From the NCBI GenBank assembly GCA_902610845.1, contig CACLXJ010000002.1, positions 18,767 to 82,766 of the forward strand: 64,000 nt of DNA, given 5' to 3'. How positions within the stretch are numbered: position 1 is the first letter of the stretch; every line of letters begins with the position of its first letter. Positions 44,241-54,231 of the stretch are shown here, piece after piece. The notes under the pieces are model-generated. The model was not told where the DNA came from, made no database searches, and saw only the letters and a program-made list of their open reading frames with translations. The translations under genes were made by a program, and so were the position numbers. This DNA is from an uncultured Alphaproteobacteria bacterium. GTDB taxonomy: Bacteria > Pseudomonadota > Alphaproteobacteria > HIMB59 > GCA-002718135.

Positions 44241-45575
44241 ATGAAGTGTAGGTTCGCTCCTAGCCCTACAGGAAAAATACATATCGGTAATGCTAGATCA
44301 GCAATTTTGAATTGGATTTTTTGTCAAAAAAATCAAGGTGAGTTTGTATTAAGAATTGATGATACTGATGCCAATAGGAGTTCTAAAGAATATGAGACAA
44401 GTATCAAAGATGATCTTAAATGGCTTGGATTAAATTGGAGTTACACTTTTAATCAGTCCTCTAGACAAAATATTTACAATGAGAAAATCCAAATTCTAAA
44501 ACAAAAGAAAAGACTTTATCCATGTTTTGAAACAGAAGAGGAATTAGCTTTAAAGAAAAAATCTTTGTTATCATCTGGGAAACCACCTATTTATGATAGA
44601 TCATCATTAAATCTAAGTGATGAAGAAGTAGAAAAAAAAATAGAATCTGGAATCCAACCCCATTGGAGATTCAAATTAGACGATGAAAATATTAGTTGGA
44701 AAGATATTATTAAAGGAGATGTTTCATTTGATGCAAAAAATTTGAGTGATCCTGTTTTAATTAGAGCTGATGGAACATTATTATACCATTTACCTTCAGT
44801 CATTGATGATATTGAAGAAAAAATTACACATATTATTAGAGGGGAAGATCACATAGCTAATACTGCTTATCATATTCAAATTTTTAAGGCTCTTGAATCT
44901 TCTATTCCATCATTTGCTCATCATCCATTCTTAATTGATGAAACTGGTAAGGGTTTTAGCAAAAGACTTGGAAGTCTTTCAATTGAAAATTTTAGAGACG
45001 AAGGATACGAAAATATATCTTTACTTAATTATTTTCTTTTTATTGGTTCGAGTAGTAATATTGATCCAATCAAAGACTTAAATGAAATAGTAAAAAAATT
45101 TGATATTCAAAGCTTATCTAGATCTTCTGCTAAATTTTCAATTGAGTCCTTAAGAAATCTTAATGAAAATACCATTAAATTATTTAATTATAATGAGATT
45201 AGTCATAAGTTAAAAAATATAAAATCAAATTTTCAAAAAGAGAGTTTTTGGCGTTTTATTAAAAATAATATTTCATTTGTTAATCAAGCTAAAGAATGGG
45301 AAGAAGTAATTACAAAAATAAATAATGCTAAAGATTTAAATATTGATGATAATTTTATTATTACAGCAATTGATGAATTGCCCGAGGATCCTTTTGATGA
45401 AACAACATGGGATAATTGGACATCAAAAATTAACAAAAAAACTGGGCTTAAAGGAAAAGATTTATTTATGCCTTTGAGGTTGATTTTGACAGGAAAATCT
45501 CATGGACCCGAATTAAAATATCTACTACCATTATTTGATAGAGACGAAATCTTGCAAAAACTAGGAAAAATCTAG
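44241..45575 (+). CDS. gltX: Glutamyl-tRNA synthetase
   Basis: 444 aa. CRFAPSPTGKIHIGNARSA (HIGH-type) and KGFSKRLGS (KMSKS-type). Confidence 0.9.
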   Translation: MKCRFAPSPTGKIHIGNARSAILNWIFCQKNQGEFVLRIDDTDANRSSKEYETSIKDDLKWLGLNWSYTFNQSSRQNIYNEKIQILKQKKRLYPCFETEEELALKKKSLLSSGKPPIYDRSSLNLSDEEVEKKIESGIQPHWRFKLDDENISWKDIIKGDVSFDAKNLSDPVLIRADGTLLYHLPSVIDDIEEKITHIIRGEDHIANTAYHIQIFKALESSIPSFAHHPFLIDETGKGFSKRLGSLSIENFRDEGYENISLLNYFLFIGSSSNIDPIKDLNEIVKKFDIQSLSRSSAKFSIESLRNLNENTIKLFNYNEISHKLKNIKSNFQKESFWRFIKNNISFVNQAKEWEEVITKINNAKDLNIDDNFIITAIDELPEDPFDETTWDNWTSKINKKTGLKGKDLFMPLRLILTGKSHGPELKYLLPLFDRDEILQKLGKI

Positions 45576-45613
45576 TAAATTTTAATTTATACTCTATTAG
45601 CGATCTAGTAATT

Positions 45614-47200
45614 ATGGAAGATAAAGTATATTTATTCGATACCACACTTAGAGATGGTCAGCAAACAACAGGAGTTAATTTTTCTGTTAGTGATAAAATG
45701 AATATATCCCAACATCTTGATGATTTAGGAATAGATTACATTGAAGGTGGATGGCCGGGAGCAAATCCCACCGATAATGATTTTTTTTCAAGAAATACAA
45801 AATTTTCAAAAAGTAAATTGACTGCATTTGGTATGACAAGAAGACCAGGTAGAAGTGCAGATAACGATCCAGGATTAAATGCACTTATTAATTCAAGCGC
45901 AAGTTGTGTTTGTATTGTAGGTAAATCATCATCATTTCACGTAAAAAATGCTTTAGAGATATCTGAAGATGAAAATTTAAAAATGATCAGTGATAGTATT
46001 CAATCAATAAAAAATAAAAACAAAGAGCCAATTTTTGATGCAGAACATTTTTTTGATGGCTTTAAAGAAAATAAAGAGTTTGCATTGAATTGTATTAAAG
46101 CAGCGTATGAGGCTGGTGCAAGATGGGTTGTTCTTTGTGATACAAATGGGGGAACTCTTCCAGATGAAATTTACAATATTGTTTCAGAAGTAGTAAAGGA
46201 TATACCAGGTCAAAATGTTGGTATACATGCTCACAATGATACTGATAATGCAGTTGCAAATGCATTAGCAGCTATTAATGCTGGAGCAAGACAGATACAG
46301 GGAACGATTAATGGTTTAGGAGAAAGATGTGGAAATACAAATTTAATTTCCTTAATTCCATCTTTGGTTTTAAAAACAAAATATAAAACTAATATTTCAA
46401 AAGATAAATTAAAAAATTTAATTCATATTTCTAGAACATTAAATGATATTCTTAACATGCCTTCAAGAAAAAATGCTCCTTATGTTGGAGATCATGCTTT
46501 CTCTCACAAAGGCGGATTGCATGCATCTGCAATAGAAAAAAACTCTTCAACTTATGAACATATTGAGCCAGAAATAGTTGGAAATTCTAGAAACGTCGTA
46601 ATTTCTAATCAGGCAGGAAGATCTAATATATTAAATCAATTAAATAAGATTAATATTGATCTGCCTAAAAATGAAATCAACAATATCTTAGAGATTATCA
46701 AGGAAAAAGAATCAGAAGGATATTCATTTGATACTGCTTTAGCTAGTTTTGAATTATTAGTAAGACGTCACCTTGGTCATTTTAAGGATTTTTATAACTT
46801 AGAAAAATTTAGAGTCACAGACGAAAGAAGATGGAATGCTAAAGGTGAAGTTGTTACTGAAGCAGAGGCTACAGTATTTTTAAAAGTTAAAGATTCAAGT
46901 ATGATGACAGTGGGCACGGGAAATGGTCCAGTCAATGCTATTGATAGTGCATTAAGAAAAGCTCTAATTGATTATTATCCTAATCTCAAAGATTTAAAGT
47001 TAACTGATTACAAAGTTATGATTCTTTCTTCAGAAAAAGGCACTGGCGCTATCACAAGAGTTTTAATTGAATCATCTGATTCTACAAATACACATTGGAC
47101 AACTATTGGCGTATCTCCAAATATTATTGATGCATCTTATAGCGCTATTTTTGATAGCATTACTTTTAAGTTGTATAATGATTCAAAGAATAAAAATTGA
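45614..47200 (+). CDS. cimA: Citramalate synthase (2-isopropylmalate synthase family)
   Basis: 528 aa. LFDTTLRDGQQTTGVNFSVSDK...IDYIEGGWPGANPTDNDFF N-terminus typical of CimA-type enzymes, plus a LeuA-dimer-like C-domain. Confidence 0.8.
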   Translation: MEDKVYLFDTTLRDGQQTTGVNFSVSDKMNISQHLDDLGIDYIEGGWPGANPTDNDFFSRNTKFSKSKLTAFGMTRRPGRSADNDPGLNALINSSASCVCIVGKSSSFHVKNALEISEDENLKMISDSIQSIKNKNKEPIFDAEHFFDGFKENKEFALNCIKAAYEAGARWVVLCDTNGGTLPDEIYNIVSEVVKDIPGQNVGIHAHNDTDNAVANALAAINAGARQIQGTINGLGERCGNTNLISLIPSLVLKTKYKTNISKDKLKNLIHISRTLNDILNMPSRKNAPYVGDHAFSHKGGLHASAIEKNSSTYEHIEPEIVGNSRNVVISNQAGRSNILNQLNKINIDLPKNEINNILEIIKEKESEGYSFDTALASFELLVRRHLGHFKDFYNLEKFRVTDERRWNAKGEVVTEAEATVFLKVKDSSMMTVGTGNGPVNAIDSALRKALIDYYPNLKDLKLTDYKVMILSSEKGTGAITRVLIESSDSTNTHWTTIGVSPNIIDASYSAIFDSITFKLYNDSKNKN

Positions 47201-47907
47201 CTTCAAAAAATCCAAGCATAATTTTAGTTAGACCTCAACTTCCTGAAAATATTGGAATGGTTGCTCGTGTAATGCACAACTTTGGTCTAAAAGATCTAAT
47301 TGTTGTTTCGCCAAGAAATAACTGGTTAAACAATAAATCAATAAATGCAGCAAAAAAAGCAACTAAAATTATTAAGAATATTAAAGTTTATGATGATTTA
47401 GAAATTGCACTTTCTAACTTTTCTTATGTTGTGGCCACGACTAATAGAAAAAGATATTTGGAAAAAAATTCCACAAACAATTTTAAATTCATTAAAAGAA
47501 AAATTATTGTTAATAAAAAAACAGCAATACTTTTTGGCCCTGAAAATTCAGGACTTTCAAATGAGGATTTGAGATTATCTGATATTATTTTTACTATTGA
47601 AACAAGTAGTAAAAGTAATTCATTAAACCTATCTCATGCAGTTACTGTTTTAAGTCATAAATTATTTGAATTGAATAATTTTAAAATTACTAATTCAACA
47701 CCAATTGAAAAGGATAACATTAGTAAATATCAATTATCTAAATTCTTAAATTATATGATTGAAAAACTTGAAAATAAAAAATTTTTTACACCAAATGAAA
47801 AAAAAGAAAGCATGAAAAATAATATTTATAGCATTTTCACAAAAATCCCTCTTAAGAAGAAAGAATTGCAGACTTTATGGGGAATTACTAAAAAACTTAA
47901 CAAATAA
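47197..47907 (+). CDS. SpoU/TrmH family RNA 2'-O-methyltransferase (TrmJ-like), TTG start
   Basis: 236 aa. IILVRPQLPENIGMVARVMHNFGL and FGPENSGLSNEDL. Overlaps the cimA stop by 4 nt. Confidence 0.75.
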   Translation: MTSKNPSIILVRPQLPENIGMVARVMHNFGLKDLIVVSPRNNWLNNKSINAAKKATKIIKNIKVYDDLEIALSNFSYVVATTNRKRYLEKNSTNNFKFIKRKIIVNKKTAILFGPENSGLSNEDLRLSDIIFTIETSSKSNSLNLSHAVTVLSHKLFELNNFKITNSTPIEKDNISKYQLSKFLNYMIEKLENKKFFTPNEKKESMKNNIYSIFTKIPLKKKELQTLWGITKKLNK

Positions 47908-47930
47908 GCCAAAAATTGAGTATATTAAAT

Positions 47931-47958
47931 TTGACATAGTACTTTAAATCACTATATA
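47931..47958 (+). promoter_or_regulatory. Candidate sigma70-type promoter for rpsD
   Basis: Consensus TTGACA at 47931-47936, a 16-nt spacer, then TATATA at 47953-47958. This implies a very short leader before the ATG at 47971. -10-like strings are common in AT-rich DNA. Confidence 0.3.
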
Positions 47959-47970
47959 GCCCTCATAATA

Positions 47971-48591
47971 ATGACAAAAAGACATAACTCTAAATACAAA
48001 ATTGATAGAAGGTTGGGTGTTAACTTGTGGGGTAGACCTAAAAGTCCTTTTAATAGAAGAAACTCAAAGCCTGGTCAGCATGGTGTGCAGGGACAAAGAA
48101 AAAAACTATCAGATTATGGAAATCAGTTATTTGCTAAGCAAAAACTTAAATTTTATTACGGTGATTTGACTGAAAGACAATTCAGAAATATCTTTAAAAA
48201 AGCTTCTAATATTAAAGGTGACACAAGTCAGATTTTAATTGAGCTTTTAGAAAGAAGATTGGATGCTACAGTTTATAGAATGAAATTTGTACCTACAATT
48301 TTTTCTGCAAGACAGTTAGTTAATCATGGTCATGTAAAGGTCAATGGAAAAAGAGTTAACATTCCATCTTACAATGTTAGCGACGGAGATGAAATCTCTA
48401 TAAGAGATAAAAGTAAAGAAATTAACTTAGTTGTAGAATCAGTTAGTTCTCAAGAAAGAGAAATTCCAGAATACTTAGAAGTTGACGCAAAAGAGTTGAA
48501 AGGTCGTTTTTTAAGAGCACCTTTAATTCATGATGTTCCTTATCCTGTAACTATGGAACCTAATTTAGTTATTGAGTATTATTCTAGATAA
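47971..48591 (+). CDS. rpsD: 30S ribosomal protein S4
   Basis: 206 aa. Typical S4 N-terminus ([19 protein letters not shown]) and S4 RNA-binding domain ([31 protein letters not shown]). Confidence 0.95.
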   Translation: MTKRHNSKYKIDRRLGVNLWGRPKSPFNRRNSKPGQHGVQGQRKKLSDYGNQLFAKQKLKFYYGDLTERQFRNIFKKASNIKGDTSQILIELLERRLDATVYRMKFVPTIFSARQLVNHGHVKVNGKRVNIPSYNVSDGDEISIRDKSKEINLVVESVSSQEREIPEYLEVDAKELKGRFLRAPLIHDVPYPVTMEPNLVIEYYSR

Positions 48592-49468
48592 TTTCTTTTT
48601 TATAACTATCATAAATATAAATTATTATTGCTACCCAAATAATTACAAATGATACCAACTTAATTTGTAAAATTTCTTCATTAAGAATAAATACTGAAGT
48701 TATAAAATGAAATGTTGGTGCTAAGTAAAACAAAACCCCAGCAAGACCTAATTGAATAAATTTTAAACCCAAATTAAAAAAAAATAGTGGAAAAATTGTT
48801 ACAGCCCCTGTTAGAATTAAAAATAATGATGTCTTAAAATCAATACTAAAGATACTATTTTCATTTTGTAAAAATAAAAAAACTAAATATGGGATGGATA
48901 TTAAAGATATTATGAAAGTCTCATAAAGTAAACCAATTGAAGGATTAACATTGACTTGTTTTCTTAATAATCCATATATTGCCCATGAAGTACCAATCCA
49001 AATTATTAGGAATGGAAATTGATTTAAATTAATAAATAAGAATAATATACCTGAAAACATAAGACATACAGATGCAAATTTAGGCTTAGTTATTTTTTCA
49101 TTTAAAAAAAAATAACCAAGAACAATACTTATCATTGGAGTAATAAAGTAACCCATTGATGCATCCTGAACTCTTTCTTGTCCTACAGAATAAATAAAGC
49201 CTGCCCAGTTACCTGCAATTAGAAAAGCTGTAATTGTTAAAATAAAAATTCTTTTTCTAGATTTAAATATTTCAATAAAATCACTTATGTTTGAAATTAA
49301 AATTAATAATAAAAATAAAAAAATAAATGACCAGAAACCTCTATGAGCTACTACTTCAATAGTCTCAACGTGGTTTAATTCATTAAAAAAAAGGGGTTGT
49401 GGAAGCCCCCAAAAAATTGCTGCAATACAGGAAAATATTACACCTTTAGAAAATTTATTATTTAACAA
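48584..49468 (-). CDS. rarD: RarD/EamA-type DMT permease
   Basis: 294 aa, 10 hydrophobic segments, N-terminal [14 protein letters not shown] pattern. The 3' end overlaps the rpsD 3' end by 8 nt. Confidence 0.65.
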   Translation of the reverse strand: MLNNKFSKGVIFSCIAAIFWGLPQPLFFNELNHVETIEVVAHRGFWSFIFLFLLLILISNISDFIEIFKSRKRIFILTITAFLIAGNWAGFIYSVGQERVQDASMGYFITPMISIVLGYFFLNEKITKPKFASVCLMFSGILFLFINLNQFPFLIIWIGTSWAIYGLLRKQVNVNPSIGLLYETFIISLISIPYLVFLFLQNENSIFSIDFKTSLFLILTGAVTIFPLFFFNLGLKFIQLGLAGVLFYLAPTFHFITSVFILNEEILQIKLVSFVIIWVAIIIYIYDSYKKEII

Positions 49469-49469
49469 A

Positions 49470-49811
49470 CTAAGATGGGTTTACGTCTATTCCATTTGTA
49501 TTTAATAATTCTAATAATTCACCACTTTCAAACATTTCAGTTATAATATCACACCCACCTATAAATTCTTTCTTAACATAAAGTTGTGGTATAGTTGGCC
49601 AATTAGAATATGTTTTAATACCTTCTCTCATTTCATCACTCTCTAATACATTCAAACTTCCAAATTTAACACCTACTTTATTTAATATTTCAACTACTCT
49701 TGCAGAAAATCCACACATTGGAAATACGGGTGTACCCTTCATGAAAAGCATTACATCATTAGAGTTAATTTCATTTTCTATATTTTGAGATACATGGTCG
49801 TTATTATTCAT
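49470..49811 (-). CDS. grxD: Monothiol glutaredoxin (Grx4 family)
   Basis: 113 aa. CGFS active site (PMCGFSARV), WPTIPQLYV. Confidence 0.9.
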   Translation of the reverse strand: MNNNDHVSQNIENEINSNDVMLFMKGTPVFPMCGFSARVVEILNKVGVKFGSLNVLESDEMREGIKTYSNWPTIPQLYVKKEFIGGCDIITEMFESGELLELLNTNGIDVNPS

Positions 49812-49813
49812 AA

Positions 49814-50044
49814 TTACTCCGATACAGTTTTTAGCTTAAGTGCGTGCAAATCACTACCCATTTTACCATTAAAAGCATCATAAACCATCTTATGCTGTTC
49901 TACTCTTGTTTTTCCAGAAAAAGATTTTGATGTTACTGTAGCACTGTAATGATCACCATCTCCTTTAAGATCTTCAATTTCAACAGTTGCATCTGGTATA
50001 GCTTCTTTAATAAATTGCTTAATTTGTTCAACAGTCATTGGCAT
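49814..50044 (-). CDS. BolA family protein
   Basis: 76 aa. GDGDHYSATVTS...RVEQHKMVY pattern. Classic pairing with a monothiol Grx. Confidence 0.8.
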   Translation of the reverse strand: MPMTVEQIKQFIKEAIPDATVEIEDLKGDGDHYSATVTSKSFSGKTRVEQHKMVYDAFNGKMGSDLHALKLKTVSE

Positions 50045-50081
50045 AACTATAAAATAGTTCAGATATTAGTAAAAATAAAGA

Positions 50082-51375
50082 CTATTTAATTTTATTTTTA
50101 AAAATCCAATCTATTTTCTTTAAATCATTATCATCTTTAATGATTTTCACGATTTCTTTTGAATTTAATATTTTATTTAATTCTTTATTTTTTTGAAAAA
50201 CTTGGGAAAAATTCTTATTATTATTCCATGTTTCCATGGCACTTTCTTGAACAATTTTATAAGCTTGTTGTCTTTTCAGTCCTTTTTCAATTAATTTTAA
50301 CATAATATTGTGAGTTCTATGTAAGCCTCCAAGCATATTCAAATTTTTCAACATATTTTTTGGATAGACTTTTAAATTCTTTATTATTCCATTTAAACGA
50401 TTCAGTGCAAAATCAGTTGCAATTGAAATATCTGGAGTCATAATTCTTTCCACACTAGAATGACTAATATCTCTCTCGTGCCAAAGTACGACATTTTCTA
50501 GTGAAGGTATTACACCACTTCTAATATATCGTGAAATACCAGTTAAGTTCTCACTCAATACTGGATTACGTTTGTGCGGCATTGCAGAAGAACCTTTTTG
50601 GTTAGAAGAAAAACTTTCTTCAACTTCTAATACCTCTGTTTTTTGTAGATTTCGAATTTCCACAGCAAATCTCTCAATAGAAGATGCTAAAATTCCTAGT
50701 ACTGAGAAAAAATACGCATGCCTGTCTCTTGGAATTACTTGAGTTGATACATCTTCAGAATTTAGTTTAAGTTTTTTTTGCTACATAATCTTGAACTCGT
50801 GGGTCTATAGAATTAAAGGTTCCAACAGGTCCAGAAATAGCACAAACAGATATTTCGTTGATTGCCTGATCAAGTCTTTCTAAATTTCTTTTAAACTCAA
50901 AATAAAAGGAAGATAATTTTAATCCAAAGGTAATAGGTTCAGCATGTATCCCATGACTTCTTCCGATCATTAATGTGTCTTTATATTTTTTAGATTTGAT
51001 TTTTAAACTTTGAATACATTCTACTAAATTTTTTCTTATTATTTCTGAGGTTTGCTTAAGTTGTACAGAAAATGAAGTATCAATAATATCACTTGATGTT
51101 ACACCAAAATGAAAATACTTTGATGAGTCGCCAATATATTTGCTTACATTATTAATATAAGCAACAACATCATGTTTTGTTTCTTTTTCAATTTTTTCTA
51201 TTTCTTTAACATTAAATTTTGCTTTATTTCTTATTTCTTTTGAAGCTTTTTTAGGAATAACTCCAAGCATTGCTTGTTTTTCTGCAATCAAACACTCAAT
51301 CTCTGTCCAAATTGTAAATTTATTTTCTAAAGACCAAATCTTTTCAATTTTAGGCCTATTATATCTAGGTATCAT
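50082..51375 (-). pseudogene. purB: Adenylosuccinate lyase interrupted by a 1-nt frameshift in an A8 run (T8 on plus strand, 50772-50779); possibly functional via slippage, or a sequencing artefact
   Basis: The N-terminal ORF (202 aa) ends ...QDYVAKKT*. The overlapping frame reads QKKLKLNSEDVSTQVIPRDRHAYFFSVLGILASSIERFAVEIRNLQKTEV... into the 193-aa C-terminal ORF, which carries the fumarate-lyase signature GSSAMPHKRNP. The joined length is about 430 aa. Confidence 0.9.
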
Positions 51376-51384
51376 TAAATATAC

Positions 51385-52179
51385 TTATACATCCTTTATT
51401 GGAAAAGATGTATTATTTTTAGATAATGTAAATATTTCATTTCCTTCCTCTGTTATTCCAATTGTATGCTCGAATTGAGCAGATAAAGATTTATCTTTTG
51501 TTACAGCTGTCCATCCATCATTTAGTATTTTTGTTTGCCACCCACCTAAATTAATCATTGGTTCAATTGTTAAAAACATTCCAGGCTCTAACATTGGTCC
51601 CTCACCTGGTTCCCCAAAGTGTAAAACACTAGGTGAAGTATGAAATTCTTTTCCAATTCCATGACCACAAAAATCTCTTACTACAGAATAACCTTTTCCT
51701 TCAGCAAGTTTCTGAATTTTATTTCCAATATCACCAATATGCTTTCCAGGTTTAGCTTCACTAATACCAATTAATAAAGATTCATAAGTTATTTTTAAAA
51801 ATTCATAATTTTTTTTATTTGTCTTGCCTGCAACAAACATTCTGGAACTATCACCATGCCAACCATTTAGAATAACTGTTACATCTACATTTACTATATC
51901 ACCATCAGATAGAATTTTTCTTTCAGAAGGAATTCCATGACAAACAACATGATTTACAGATGTACAAACTGATTTTGGGAAACCTTTATAATTTAAAGGA
52001 GCTGGTATTGCTTTGTTTTGAATAATTTGATCATGACATATGTCATTTATTTCTTGAGTACTTATTCCTGGAACAATTTTTTCACTTAAAGAATCTAGAA
52101 CATCAGCAGCTAAAGAGCCAGCCTCCCTCATGCCCTCAAAATCTTTTTTCGTATGTATTGGGATATTGTTGTTTCTCAT
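51385..52179 (-). CDS. map: Type I methionine aminopeptidase
   Basis: 264 aa. Metal-ligand segments (DIVNVDVT, GHGIG, TIEPM, FEHT). Confidence 0.9.
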   Translation of the reverse strand: MRNNNIPIHTKKDFEGMREAGSLAADVLDSLSEKIVPGISTQEINDICHDQIIQNKAIPAPLNYKGFPKSVCTSVNHVVCHGIPSERKILSDGDIVNVDVTVILNGWHGDSSRMFVAGKTNKKNYEFLKITYESLLIGISEAKPGKHIGDIGNKIQKLAEGKGYSVVRDFCGHGIGKEFHTSPSVLHFGEPGEGPMLEPGMFLTIEPMINLGGWQTKILNDGWTAVTKDKSLSAQFEHTIGITEEGNEIFTLSKNNTSFPIKDV

Positions 52180-52236
52180 TTAAAAAATAATTACTTACGA
52201 TTAATAAATAATATATAGAAAATATCAATTAATCTT

Positions 52237-52983
52237 ATGAGTTCTTTTACTGCAGGAATTATTGTTATTGGTGATGAAATACTTTCTGGTAGAACTCAAG
52301 ATACAAACTCAAATTATATTGCAAAAAAATTATTAGAAGCTGGTATTAAGTTAGATGAAGTTATTGTTATTCAGGATGATAAAAAAACAATAATAGAAAA
52401 TGTTTTAAAATATAGTTCAAAATATTCTTATGTTTTTACTACTGGAGGAATTGGACCAACTCATGATGACATAACTTCAGAAAGTATATCTGAAGCCTTT
52501 AATTTACAATATGAAACAAATAAAATGGCTTTTGAGATTCTTGAAAATTATTATCCAAAAGGTGAATTTAATGAAAGTAGGCAAAGAATGGCCAAAATGC
52601 CATTTGGTTCAGAGCTTATTTTAAATCCAATGACTGCTGCACCAGGATTTATTGTAAAAAATATTTATGTTTTACCTGGTGTGCCAGAAATAATGCAAGT
52701 TATGTTTGAGGAATTAATGAAAAAAATTAAAAAAGGTGACCCAAAACTTGTTACAACAATTAATACTAATTTATACGAAAGTAAAATTGCAAAAAATTTA
52801 AAAAATATTCAAAACAATTATACAAATGCATCAATCGGTAGTTACCCATATTTTAATCTTGCAGCTAAAACAGGTGGTGTTAACATAGTTGTTTCATCAT
52901 GGGATATGAAATCTATCCAACCAATAGTTGATGATATAACTAAGATGATTGAATTAAATGGTGGAAAAAGTTTTATAGTTTGA
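52237..52983 (+). CDS. CinA-like molybdopterin-binding (MoCF_biosynth) domain protein
   Basis: 248 aa. IIVIGDEILSGRTQDTNSNYIAKKL, TTGGIGPTHDDIT. Confidence 0.75.
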   Translation: MSSFTAGIIVIGDEILSGRTQDTNSNYIAKKLLEAGIKLDEVIVIQDDKKTIIENVLKYSSKYSYVFTTGGIGPTHDDITSESISEAFNLQYETNKMAFEILENYYPKGEFNESRQRMAKMPFGSELILNPMTAAPGFIVKNIYVLPGVPEIMQVMFEELMKKIKKGDPKLVTTINTNLYESKIAKNLKNIQNNYTNASIGSYPYFNLAAKTGGVNIVVSSWDMKSIQPIVDDITKMIELNGGKSFIV

Positions 52984-52999
52984 TATTAATCCAAAATTA

Positions 53000-53084
53000 G
53001 GCCTCGTGGTGGAATGGTAGACACAAAGGACTTAAAATCCTTGCCCTTTTGGGAGTGCCGGTTCAAGTCCGGCCGAGGCTACCA
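53000..53084 (+). tRNA. tRNA-Leu (anticodon UAA), type II with long variable arm, CCA encoded
   Basis: Folded by hand. Acceptor GGCCTCG/CGAGGCT (G1-U72 wobble), U8 G9, D-stem GTG/CAC with GAATGGTAGA loop. Anticodon stem AAGGA/TCCTT with loop CTTAAAA, variable arm CCC-TTTT-GGG, T-arm GCCGG-TTCAAGT-CCGGC, then A-CCA. Confidence 0.9.
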
Positions 53085-53095
53085 ATTTCTAAATT

Positions 53096-53470
53096 ATGTT
53101 TGCTTTTATTACCATTGGAACGAATAATTTAAAAAAATCATCTGTATTTTATAGTAAAATTTTAAAACCTTTAAAAATTAAAAAAGTTTTATCTCATAAT
53201 CGTTATTATGGTTATGCTAAAAAAGAAACTCCTAAAAAAATAGAATTATACTTGATTAGACCTCATAACAAAAAAAAAGCAACCATAGGAAATGGTACAA
53301 TGATTACTTTTAAAGCTAATTCTAAAAAAACTGTTAATGAATTTTATAAAATTGGAATTAGTCTTGGAGCAAAAGATGAAGGAATGCCTGGGCCCAGACA
53401 TGGTAAAGATTATTATGCATATTTAAGGGATTTAGATGGCAACAAGATTTGTATTTTTAAAAAAATTTGA
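53096..53470 (+). CDS. VOC (glyoxalase/bleomycin resistance/dioxygenase) family protein
   Basis: 124 aa. C-terminal YYAYLRDLDGNKICIF typical of the VOC fold. Starts 11 nt after the tRNA. Confidence 0.7.
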   Translation: MFAFITIGTNNLKKSSVFYSKILKPLKIKKVLSHNRYYGYAKKETPKKIELYLIRPHNKKKATIGNGTMITFKANSKKTVNEFYKIGISLGAKDEGMPGPRHGKDYYAYLRDLDGNKICIFKKI

Positions 53471-53472
53471 TC

Positions 53473-54231
53473 TTAAAAATTAAATTGTTCATTCAAAATT
53501 TTATCTTCAATAGAGTGTTTACTATCGAACAATACAGTGCATTTATTTTCATCTGAAGAAACAATATTAACTCTACTAATATCCCTAAATTCAACATTGT
53601 CTGCAGTTACGCTAGATGAGCGTTCATCATTATTTAAGACTTCAAAATCAATTTTACTAATTTCAGATAAAAGAGCACCTCTCCATCTCCTTGGTCTAAA
53701 GGCACTGATTGGAGTTAATGCAAGTATATTTGAGTCTAAAGGTAGAATACTACCATGTGCGGATAGATTATAAGCTGTACTTCCCGCTGATGTAGATAAC
53801 AAAACGCCATCACATATCAACTCTTCCATTTTTACTTTCTCATTTATTTTGATTTTAATTTTTGATGCCAAATGAGTCTGTCTCATAAGAGAAACTTCAT
53901 TATATGCATATGCTTCAAAGATTTCATTATTAACACTTTGTGCAGTCATTTTTAATGGTTTAAAAGTAGATTTTTTAGCATTAGTAATCATGTCATTTAA
54001 ATTTTCATTACTAAGATTATTCATTAAAAACCCAATTGAACCAAAGTTTATTCCAAAAAATGGTTTGTTTAATTTATTAAAATTATGCAGTGATTTTAAT
54101 AATAATCCATCGCCTCCAATTGGAATAATGTAGTCGGCATCTTCAACAGAATTTTGACCAAATAATTCTGTTAGTTTCTTCTCTGTATTTTTAGCTTCAG
54201 GATTGTTTGATGATAAAAAATGAAATCTCAT
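53473..54231 (-). CDS. nadK: NAD+ kinase
   Basis: 252 aa. GGDGLLL motif, CDGVLLSTSAGSTAYNLSAHG. Confidence 0.85.
   Translation of the reverse strand: MRFHFLSSNNPEAKNTEKKLTELFGQNSVEDADYIIPIGGDGLLLKSLHNFNKLNKPFFGINFGSIGFLMNNLSNENLNDMITNAKKSTFKPLKMTAQSVNNEIFEAYAYNEVSLMRQTHLASKIKIKINEKVKMEELICDGVLLSTSAGSTAYNLSAHGSILPLDSNILALTPISAFRPRRWRGALLSEISKIDFEVLNNDERSSSVTADNVEFRDISRVNIVSSDENKCTVLFDSKHSIEDKILNEQFNF

Noticed and set aside
52984-53095. tRNA-Leu as the anchor of an integrated element or genomic-island boundary.
   Set aside because: No integrase, phage or transposase genes lie on either side, and the flanks are ordinary housekeeping genes 11-16 nt away. I noticed no direct repeat of the tRNA 3' end.
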